Positions 1 through 9,700 of a DNA stretch of 64,000 nt are shown here, piece after piece. A program made the translations under genes and the position numbers. Location: contig CAYRUV010000002.1 of assembly GCA_964427715.1 (NCBI GenBank), positions 85,663 through 149,662 of the forward strand. Reading direction: 5' to 3'. Under the pieces are notes generated by a model. It was not told where the DNA came from, searched no databases, and saw only the letters and a program-made list of their open reading frames with translations. The DNA comes from an uncultured archaeon (lineage in GTDB: Archaea > Iainarchaeota > Iainarchaeia > Iainarchaeales > VGJJ01). Within the stretch, counting starts at the first letter, position 1, and every line of letters begins with the position of its first letter.

Positions 1-14
1 TAATAGAATGTGTT

Positions 15-743
15 TCATTTGTAGTCCTCCCGTGCTTTACCCCGTCCTTTATGGAGGGATTGCGAGCGTATGATTTGGCCGTCCTTGATGTGGATAATGC
101 GCTCTGCGCGCTCGGCCACGTATTTCTCGTGCGTCACCATTAAAATGGTCTTCCCGCGCTTCTGGTGTAATTCGTCGAGCATGTTGAGAATGGTCGAACC
201 GGACACCGAATCTAAATTACCCGTGGGCTCATCCGCCACAATCACGTCCGGATCCGCAGCCAACGCACGCGCAATGGCCACCCGCTGACGCTGTCCCCCG
301 GAGAGCTCATTGGGACGGTGATCCAAACGGTCCCCCAACCCCACATCTCGCAGAACCTTCGAAGCCTTTTCCTTCCGTTCCTCGGGCGAAACACCCTGAA
401 ACCACAAGGGAAGCATCACGTTCTCCAATGCAGTAAGGCGATTGATGAGATTGAAAGACTGAAAAACAAACCCAATCGTTTTTCCCCGCACTTGAGCGAG
501 CTCATCATCCTCCATCTTGGAGGCGGAAGAACCGTTGATGAGTATATCCCCTGACGTGGGACGCAACAAGCCGGAAAGAACATCCAATAGAGTAGTTTTA
601 CCCGAACCCGAGGGACCGGTAATCGAAACATACTCCCCGGGAAGGATTTGAACGTCGACTCCGCGCAACACGTGAACGGGAACATCCCCTAATTGGTACG
701 TCTTCGTCACATTCTTGGCTTCGATGATGGGCTTCGGAGACAT
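15..743 (-). CDS. ABC transporter ATP-binding protein (MacB/LolD/FtsE-like)
   Basis: 242-aa ORF with Walker A GPSGSGKTT, ABC signature LSGGQRQRVAIARAL, Walker B DVIVADEPTGNLD and H-loop MVTHE. Any partner permease would lie left of the window. Confidence 0.95.
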   Translation of the reverse strand: MSPKPIIEAKNVTKTYQLGDVPVHVLRGVDVQILPGEYVSITGPSGSGKTTLLDVLSGLLRPTSGDILINGSSASKMEDDELAQVRGKTIGFVFQSFNLINRLTALENVMLPLWFQGVSPEERKEKASKVLRDVGLGDRLDHRPNELSGGQRQRVAIARALAADPDVIVADEPTGNLDSVSGSTILNMLDELHQKRGKTILMVTHEKYVAERAERIIHIKDGQIIRSQSLHKGRGKAREDYK

Positions 744-804
744 ACGTAATCAATCCACTATCTATCGGGAGTCCGATATATTAAAAGGGTGCGTAAAAAC
801 GACC

Positions 805-1008
805 CTATTTCTTGACCGGCATGATGAGCCATGCAATGATGTACAGTAAAATTCCCACTCCCCAAATCAGAGAGAGAACAATCCAACCCAAACGAACGAG
901 CGTGGGATCCCACCCATAGTGTTCGGCGATACCCCCGCACACCCCGCCCAAAATCTTATCCTTCGTGGAACGCATCAAGCGCTTCGTTGTAGCCATAGAC
1001 GAAAACAA
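805..1008 (-). CDS. PspC-domain membrane protein
   Basis: 67-aa ORF with PspC-like core KDKILGGVCGGIAEHYGWDPTLVRLGWIV followed by one TM helix. The start could instead be ATG 996 (MATTK). Confidence 0.75.
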   Translation of the reverse strand: MFSSMATTKRLMRSTKDKILGGVCGGIAEHYGWDPTLVRLGWIVLSLIWGVGILLYIIAWLIMPVKK

Positions 1009-1065
1009 CGAGTAGAAGTATAAAAAAGAGAAGGGCGGAACACCGCCCCCACACTGATTTCGACG

Positions 1066-1629
1066 TCAATCGATACGAATACTCTTGGATGGAGGAGAGG
1101 ATTTGGAGGACTTGGGAATTCGCAACTTCAACACCCCATCCTTGAACGAAGCCGAAATCTTAGACGCGTCCACGTGCGAAGGCAACACGAATGAGCGGAA
1201 GAAACCCGAATATGAACGCTCCATGCGAAACGCCCCCTTCTTCTCTTCCTTTTTTTCGTGCTTCTTTTCCGCACGAATCTCAATCCGGTCGTTGGCCACG
1301 TTCAACGAGATATCCTTCTTCTCTATCCCCGGAAGGTCGACATCCGCACAGATGTGCGACTTCGTTTCGTAAAAATCCGACAACGGACGCACCCACGCGT
1401 CCTTCTCCACCAAATCACGCGTGGGGAGATTCAACGGCAACGAGAGACGCGCGCCCGTGATGGGATCCGTGGACCACACGGAATTGAACATCCGATCCAT
1501 GCGTTCCTGCATCCGACGCATATCATCAAACATCGAATCCATTCCCGCAGAGTCGGCCAAACGCTTTGGAGAAATAACCTCCGGATGCTTCACTAAAACT
1601 TTCTTCGACGACTTCTTTTTGGACACCAT
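1066..1629 (-). CDS. small heat-shock protein, Hsp20/alpha-crystallin family
   Basis: Alpha-crystallin domain (DISLNVANDRIEIRAEKK...FRSFVLPSHVDASKISASFKDGVLKLRIPK). I place the start at ATG 1629 (MVSKKK) rather than ORF-track 1704, whose extra 25 aa look non-coding. Confidence 0.85.
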   Translation of the reverse strand: MVSKKKSSKKVLVKHPEVISPKRLADSAGMDSMFDDMRRMQERMDRMFNSVWSTDPITGARLSLPLNLPTRDLVEKDAWVRPLSDFYETKSHICADVDLPGIEKKDISLNVANDRIEIRAEKKHEKKEEKKGAFRMERSYSGFFRSFVLPSHVDASKISASFKDGVLKLRIPKSSKSSPPSKSIRID

Positions 1630-1747
1630 GAGAAAACACCCTCCCAACACACCCAACAAACCATTGGAGAAGAAAAAGATTACGAGGCTAGTGGAGATGT
1701 GCACCGACCTTTTCTAAGAGAAAAAGCTCGACCAAAAGGGAAACGAA

Positions 1748-1821
1748 CGAGGCCGGTGGGATTTGAACCCACGGCACGCGGATTAAAAGTCCGCTGCTCT
1801 ACCAGGCTGAGCTACGGCCCC
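1748..1821 (-). tRNA. tRNA-Lys (anticodon UUU)
   Basis: 74-nt cloverleaf read by eye on the minus strand: acceptor GGGGCCG/CGGCCTC, D arm GCTC-AGCCTGGTA-GAGC, anticodon arm GCGGA-CTTTTAA-TCCGC, T arm GTGGG-TTCAAAT-CCCAC. No CCA is encoded. Confidence 0.9.
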
Positions 1822-1932
1822 GTACAAGAGGAAAAACCCCAAATAACCGTTATAAAACAACCTTTTTGACCCCACATCCAAAAGGCACCTTTTTAGGAAA
1901 ATAGGACGAAAACAAGCTAAGGAGTTGGGAAA

Positions 1933-2688
1933 ATGGCCGTATTCGAGACAATCGGAATAGTTGTGATAGTGGGAATCATCATTGCTTGGAGTTTGAGACT
2001 CATCCAACAGTACGAGACGGCCATCGTATTCCGACTCGGAAAAATGCACCGCACATTGGGACCGGGGCTCAATTTTATCGTCCCCATCATCGACCGCAGC
2101 GTAACGGTAGACATGCGCGTGTTGACGATTGACATCCCTCGACAGCAAGCCATTACGAAAGATAACGTACCGGTCTCCATCAACGGCGTCGTATATTTCA
2201 AAGTGAATGATGCCAGCAAAGCCATCATCAACGTCCAAGACTACGTGTACGCTGTCTCACAGTATGCCCAAACCGCCCTGCGCGACGTGGTGGGAGGAAT
2301 GACCCTCGACGAAGTATTGGCCGAACGACAAAAAATCGGCGAACAAATACTCGAAATTGTAGAAAAAGAAAGCACCCAGTGGGGACTCGACATTACGGCC
2401 ATCAAAATGCAAGACATTGAACTCCCAGAAGACATGAAGAAGATCATGGGACGACAAGCAACCGCCGAACGAGAAAAACGAGCCAACATCACCAAGAGTG
2501 AAGGAGACAAACTCGCCGCCAAGAACCTCGCCGACGCCGCCAAAATCATGGAAGCCACGAATGGAGCGATGCAACTCCGAACGTTGCAAACCATTGATGG
2601 ACTGGGACCCACCCCCTCCAACACAGTCATCTTGGTCCCCGTTGAGTTGTTCTCGGGAATCCAGCAATTCCTCAAAAAGAAGAAGTAA
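1933..2688 (+). CDS. SPFH/band-7 (stomatin/prohibitin-like) membrane protein
   Basis: 251-aa ORF with an N-terminal TM helix and a typical SPFH core (YETAIVFRLGKMHRTLGPGLNFIVPIIDR...TKDNVPVSINGVVYFKV...ALRDVVG). Confidence 0.9.
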   Translation: MAVFETIGIVVIVGIIIAWSLRLIQQYETAIVFRLGKMHRTLGPGLNFIVPIIDRSVTVDMRVLTIDIPRQQAITKDNVPVSINGVVYFKVNDASKAIINVQDYVYAVSQYAQTALRDVVGGMTLDEVLAERQKIGEQILEIVEKESTQWGLDITAIKMQDIELPEDMKKIMGRQATAEREKRANITKSEGDKLAAKNLADAAKIMEATNGAMQLRTLQTIDGLGPTPSNTVILVPVELFSGIQQFLKKKK

Positions 2689-2764
2689 ACCAGACTAGGA
2701 AAAATGGACACCACCCCTAAGTCGGGTGCTGATCGAACGAGGGGTGAAAACACCCCTCTAAAAG

Positions 2765-2838
2765 CGAGGCCAGTGGGATTTGAACCCACGGCACGCGGAT
2801 TAAGAGTCCGCTGCTCTACCAGGCTGAGCTATGGCCCC
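2765..2838 (-). tRNA. tRNA-Lys (anticodon CUU)
   Basis: 74-nt cloverleaf that differs from the 1748-1821 tRNA at only three positions: anticodon loop CTCTTAA and one compensated acceptor pair (GGGGCCA/TGGCCTC). Confidence 0.9.
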
Positions 2839-2951
2839 AAAAAGGGTATACTCGCTATACCAAGGAAATGCCCGAGAAAGCATTAAAAAAGACCTTCCTG
2901 AAGACCCACCGAACACGGCATCCGGAGCCATTAAACCCCCTAAAACAACCC

Positions 2952-3752
2952 TCAGGAAGGAACCACCGTCAACGTGTTGAGGGTCCGCGACCCCACGTAG
3001 GTAGTGGCATCGTAATAGAGACTGGTTCCAGTAGGAGTGTGAGACGTGAAAAAATCATCCGACACGGGAACCGTCTTCAGGTGGATTCGATACTCCGTAT
3101 AGGGCGCCTGCGCATCCATCCTCACCGTTAGCACCACCGGATGCACCCACTCGGAAGAAAAAAGAGGAAACGTCGGACCCAAAATGAAACCCGACGAGGA
3201 CTCAGGATCTAAGGACAACGAGACATACGGTGCATCCGAAGAATCCTCCAACACGGCCTCCAAACGCACCGCCTGCATGGAACGAACCCCATACCCGGAA
3301 TGAATGAAAAAACGAAACGACTTTTCGCCCCCCTTCAATACGCCCGAACGCGACTCAAAGGGATACAAGGAAACCCCCACCAACCCAAAGTGCGAAGCTA
3401 AAGGAGACGTCCACTGACGCAGACCCTCGGACTCAAAATTAGGATAAAACTCAGGCTGAAGAAAATACTCCGGAGTAAAAAAGAACGCATCCGAAAACTT
3501 CCCCGATTCAAACGCGGAGGAAATAGAAACCAAACACGCAGGGGGGGAAGGTAATTGGCCAAAAATGGACGAACTAACCCCATACGCCGAACGATTCACA
3601 TCCACACACCCGGAATAATCCCCCGGGGATAAAGGAGAAGAGAAAATCCCACCCAGAAGAACAACACCAACCACCCCCACCAGCACTAGACCCCCCACTA
3701 AAGGAACAACCCAGGAAGGAATGGAATGCGAACGAGAATGATGAAGACGCAT
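2952..3752 (-). CDS. B-family protein (membrane-anchored, QPEFYP / LGPTFP motifs), copy B1
   Basis: ATG 3752 (MRLHHSRS) lies 4 nt after the giant gene's TAG stop. It has an N-terminal TM helix (VVPLVGGLVLVGVVGVVLLGGI) and shares EYFLQPEFYPNF and ILGPTFPLFSSEW with 12883-13704 and 44644-45705. Confidence 0.7.
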   Translation of the reverse strand: MRLHHSRSHSIPSWVVPLVGGLVLVGVVGVVLLGGIFSSPLSPGDYSGCVDVNRSAYGVSSSIFGQLPSPPACLVSISSAFESGKFSDAFFFTPEYFLQPEFYPNFESEGLRQWTSPLASHFGLVGVSLYPFESRSGVLKGGEKSFRFFIHSGYGVRSMQAVRLEAVLEDSSDAPYVSLSLDPESSSGFILGPTFPLFSSEWVHPVVLTVRMDAQAPYTEYRIHLKTVPVSDDFFTSHTPTGTSLYYDATTYVGSRTLNTLTVVPS

Positions 3753-3756
3753 AACG

Positions 3757-6700
3757 CTAAGCCACCGTATTCGAATCCACATTCCGATCCTCGTTTCCTA
3801 CTGCTGCTGCGATGAAATCCGCCCAGAAGAAGATGTTCAAATCAAACGTTCCCGCAGTATAGGACGCACGACCCACACTCTGCGTGGAAGGCGCCGCCGG
3901 AATCGCCACACAACCTGACGCTGGATTGCCCCCGCAGCCCGCCTCATACCCGCCCACAATGTTACTCGCCTTCAACACTAAGGAAGAGGGAAGCGACTCA
4001 TTCAGGTCTAAAATAATATTGAAATCCGTCGCGGACGAAGACTGATTGTCATACACAAAGAACGGCTGCGAGGCAGACTGACCCTCCGGAGCAATCTGAT
4101 TGGAATCCGCCACCCCCGTGGTATCGGTCGCCTCAAAATAGGCCCGCTGGCAGGAAGTACCGCCAGTGAGATTTCCCTTATTTGATGTACAACCCGAAGA
4201 AGGCAGGAAAAGAACAAAGGAATAATCCAAGGACCCTGACGTCACCACGTCCGGAACATAATACACCGCCCCATTGTTCGTGCGGAAGAAGAAATTCACA
4301 TCCGCCGCGGAAGCCGTGATCAACAAATCATTCGCGTAGGAATCATTATCCGCATTGATGACCTGAACCCCTTCTCCGGAATAGAAGGAGGCCCCTAATT
4401 GATTCCCTGAACGACTCCCGCGCCAACGCTTGTCGTAATTGGAAGCATTGAGAAGATCCTTGAAACCCGAATCAAAATCAATATTCTTATCCAAGTAAAT
4501 CGACCCATTCTGCACCAAATAGGCCGTGTTCGCCGTGGTGGATGTAATCAACAAATCATTCGCATACGACTCATTATCTAGATTTTCGACCTGAACCCCC
4601 GAACCCGACGCACCGGACGCACCCAGGAAGCCTGAAGGCGTGTCGCCAACCCAACGCACATCAAACCGCGCCGGCGCATTCAAGTCGTATCGACCCCCAT
4701 TCGCATCTGAGGAAATATCCTTAATCAGATACACCGCCCCTGCGTCCGTACGACCATTCACATCCGCACGAACGGTAGATAATAACAAGTCGTTCGACCA
4801 GGCATTATTGTCGATATTCACCAACTGCACCCCAATACCCGAACGATTGGTGTCACCTAAATTATCCGTGGTCGCACCACCATTCACGGTGAAACTCACT
4901 GTATAGGGAACGGCAATGTTGTAGATCCCTGAATAGGTGTTCGCATCCTTAATTCCAAACACCGCCCCCACGTCCACCTTCCCATTGTAATCAAACCCGG
5001 ACGCCGTGATAAGCAGATCATTCGTCACGGAATTCCCATCCATATTCACCACTTGGACCCCACGACCCGTGTCTAAGACAAGGCCCGCTGTCCCCGTCAT
5101 CTCGAAGTCACCCAACTGATCATTGGCCGTCTGACCTCTCCACTGCGCATTCGCATTGGCGGCCACATTCAAGTCAAATCGACCAATCTTGCTCTGGACA
5201 TCTAGAATCATGTAGACCGAACCAATGTTCGTCTTCCCATTCGTATCTGCCAAGGGAACATTCAGAATAATATCATTCGCATTCGTATTCCCATCCAAAT
5301 TAACCACCTGCAACGCACGACCCGACTGACTCGTGTCCCCTAAGGAATCCGTGGTCGCCCCACCCTCCCAGTATGCCGTAAAACTCGCCGGCGCCGCGAT
5401 GTTAAGATCATATCGACCCGGCGCAATCGTGTTGATGTCCTTAATCAAATAAATAATTCCAGTATCGGCCTTATTCCCATCCGCCGCCGAACCCGTAATG
5501 AACAGGTCGTTCGACGTCCCGTTCCCATCTAGATTCACGATTTGCAGCCCGGGACCCGAACCATTGTTGAACCCCATTGTATCACTCGTACGGCCCCCAT
5601 TCCACTGCACCATTCCAGGAGCATTGAAAACCTGATTCAAATCAATCGAACCCGTCTTTCGATGCGCATCCTTAATCAAGGTGACAAGACCCACATTCAA
5701 CTTAGAATTTACATCTGCCATGGGAGCCATAATCAGCAAATCATTCGAATACCCATTCCCATCCACATCAATCACATACAACCCATCCTCCTGATGGCTC
5801 GAAGTGGTTGTGTTGCTAGAGCTCAGCTGATCATCATTCGTCGTCCCATTCCAGGCCGCATTATACCCCGTGGGGAGATTCATGTCCTTAATCCCTGACA
5901 ACTTGTCGATGTCTAGAATCATGTAAACACGACCCCCGTCCCTCTTGGAATTCGCATCCGCATAGGCGGCTGAGATTAACAAATCATTCGTGTAGCCATT
6001 CCCATCCATATCTACTAACTTGAGCGGATTATCCGTACGATTCGCATTTGCCAGCATCTCCCCTGCCGCCCCACCCGTGAAGCGCACCGAGGAACTCGCG
6101 ACAAAATTCAAATCAAAATTACCATCCCATCGATCGATATCCTTGATGAGATACACTGCCCCATTATTCACTTTCGCATTCGCATCTGCCATCGGCGCCA
6201 CGATAATCATGTCATTCGAATACGAATTCCCATCCACATTCACAATCTGAAACCCGCGACCATTGAAATTAGTGTCCCCAATAATGTCCCCCGCGACACC
6301 ACCCCACCAGCGCGCACTGTAACTATTGATGTGCTTGTTCAAATCAATATTACCCGAATTCATATCAAAATTCTTGAACAAATACACCGCCCCCGCATCC
6401 GCCTTCCCATTCACATCCGCACGAGGAGCCGAGAGGATGAGATCGTTGTTGTAGGACCCATTATCGATATTCACGAAATAAACCCCTGAATCATTCGACG
6501 CCGTCATCCCCAAAAAGTCATTCGATGAGGCTCCCTCGAAACGAATCTGGTAATTGTACCCTTGGAGCAAATCATACGAATTGTCCGGATCCACGTGGAA
6601 ATACCACTGCGGCTCCGGAGGAATACTTGGACCTGCCGAGGTACCCACCCCGTAGAAACGAAATGTGTAAGCGCGATTGGCATCATTCGACTTCAACGTC

Positions 6701-9700
6701 CAATTGGCATCAAAACCCGTATTCAAGAGAAGAACAGGAACCTCTTCCTCACTCTGAGACTCACTCACAATGTAGAGCGGCGAAGAAGTGTCTGTGTTTG
6801 CATCCACAAAGTTCGTACACCCCACCCCAATACAATATTGGAAGTTGACATCCACCCCTCCGCAGGAAGCAATCCTACACGTCACGCGCGTGGAAACATT
6901 GATGTTCATGGAAACTTGGTATGAATTCCCATCATACGCGGGATTGTCAATACGATACGTCAAAATCCCATTCGGCGTGGGATTCGAATTGATATCCTTG
7001 ATGAGGAACAACGCCCCATTATTCACGAACTTATTCATGTCCTTCTGAGACGAAAGAATCAGCAAATCGTTGGCCAACGCGTTCCCGTCCGTGTTGTACA
7101 CTCCGACTGTGAACCCGGAGCGATTGTTATCCCCCAGTGTGTCATTGTTATTATCGCCCTGCCACAAGTGAGTGTAGTTGGTATTCAAATCCAAATTACG
7201 ATTCCCATCCGTATTCACACCAACATTCCGAATGTAGTACACTCCACCCTGATTCGTCTTATTATTATCCAACCGAGGAACCACGATGAAGAAATCATCC
7301 ACATTGATATCCCCATCCATATTCGCCAAATAAACTCCCGGATCGGACCCATTTGCGTCCCCAATCATATCCCACGCATTCGCCCCGGACCAGCGAATAT
7401 TGTATGGACGATAAGCCGCCGCCGTCGAATTCAAATCAATCGCACCAGAAGTGGAATACCCCGCATCCCGAATTAAGTAAATCGCCCCATTATCCAGCTT
7501 CCCATTCACATCCGCATAGGGTGAAATGAAGAGCAAATCGTCACCCGCCGCATTACCGTCCACGTTCAACTGATAGAATGGAGGACCGGAAAAATTATTA
7601 TCCGACAAACGATCCCCCGCACCACCATTCAAACGGAAAGAAAAATTAGGGATTTGACCAAGATAGCGGCGAGCCGCCGACTGCCGGATGGTGGAAACGT
7701 CACGAATCACATACCAGACCCCAGGATCCGTCTTCCCATTCACATCCGCCACGCCCGAACCAATAATCACATCGTTCGGACCCGCGTTCCCATCCAGATT
7801 CAACACATCAAAACCCCACCCCTCACTTTGGGAACGAGTAATCTCCTCATTCGATGCAGAACCATACCACGAGACGTTAAATGAAGGAAATCCCTGATAC
7901 GGCGTCGTATTCAAATCGAAACGACCACTGCGAGTGTTTAGGTCAGTAATAAAGTACAACATTCCATTGTTCGAGAACAAATTAAAATCCGCTAAACTCG
8001 CCGCCACAAACAAATCATTAGCCGTCTTGTTCCCATCAGTATTGTACATACGAGCATAGGGCCGAACGAACTCATTTGAAAGAATGTACGGAGACGCGGT
8101 CCCGAGATTGTCGTTCGAACGACCCCCACTCCACATCGCCGTGAAATTATTAACCGTGGAATTCAAATCAATGGTCCCAGAACGCGTGTTGATATCCCCA
8201 ATGTAAAACACGGCCCCATTGTCCGTGAGATTATTGACATCAAACAGCGGAGCCGTGAGAATCAAATCATTCGTGAATCCATCCCCATTCAAATCGAACA
8301 ATTGAGTCCCCGAACCATACCCGCGCGTATTCCCCAATCCCGCTAAAGTAGCCCCACCCACCCACTGCACCGAATACAACGCCACATCCGACAACCCGCG
8401 AATCCCATTCGGAATGTTCACGACGTCCTTAATCACTGTCACCGCCCCACAATCCACACGCAGAGTGTTACAATCATACCCGGTGCTAGTAATCAACAAA
8501 TCATTCGCCTGCGCATTATTATCCAAATTCACTACCTGCGTACAATTCCCACTCCCCCCACACCCGCCCAACAAATTTGACGTGGCCAACCCATTCCCAT
8601 CAAAGCGAATATTGTATGACGTGGTGAGATTCAAATCCTTATATCCAACCATGGTATTGATGTCGCGAATGATGTAAATACTCCCCGAATCCGTACGATT
8701 GAAATCCGCCAACGTATTTGTGATAATCAAATCGTTCGCCGTGAGATTTCCATCCAAATTAACCACTTGAACACCCTGGCCCCCGAAGTTGGTATCCCCA
8801 ATAAACAAGGACGCCATTGAACCCCCCCACGCGACCGAATACCCTAACGGACTATTGAAATCATACAAACCCGACTTGGTATCAATATCCTTGATGAGAT
8901 AAACACCACCCGAATCCGTCTTGTTGTTCACATCCGCGTTCACGGCCGTCAAGAGCAAATCGTTCGTGTAGCCATTCCCATCCACATCCAGCAGCTGCAC
9001 CCCAATACCCGAACCCACCGCCAAACGACCCGTACGACCCAAAAAATCATTCGGACGACCCCCATTCCAACGCACCGAAAAATTGGCCGGATTTATCAGA
9101 CTGTACGCCCCACTATACGTGTTGATGTCCCGAACCAGATACACGGCCCCGGCATTCTGCTTCGCATTTGCATCCACTAATGGGGCCGTGAACAGCAAAT
9201 CATTCGCAAACGCCCCATCATCCACATTCACGACTTGAACACCCGTATTCGAATCGAAAGTACCCCCAACCGCCCCAAACATGTTCCCATCCCACACCGC
9301 CGAAAAATTAGGCGGAGAATTCAACTCGTACGTGGGATCAATAACCACCGAATCGCGCGCCGGAACATCCACCGAGATAATCGTGTCAATAATAGGAGCG
9401 TCCCCCCGCGAATGAACCAAACCTATTGGAGAAACCCCGCTCCGCCAATAATCCGACCAATCATACCGACCCACCGGAACATTCTCACGCGAACGAAATT
9501 CAACATACTCATTAATGAGCAATGGAACCGGCAACACCGGAGAATTTTCCACCGACAACGAAAAGGGATCCTCCCGCGTGTGAACCACCTGATACCGAGA
9601 AGACTCGGGAAGAAGACGCTCCTCCGTCAACACCGTAAACGGACGCGCCCACAAACGAATATTCACCAACCGACGCACCGGAACATCCGAGGAATTAGAG

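Noticed and set aside
4240-9312. Periodic structure, considered as a DNA tandem repeat or CRISPR-like array.
   Set aside because: The period is 225-255 nt, the copies are diverged at the DNA level, and everything is in one reading frame. These are protein-level FG-GAP-like repeats, with no short identical repeats and unique spacers.
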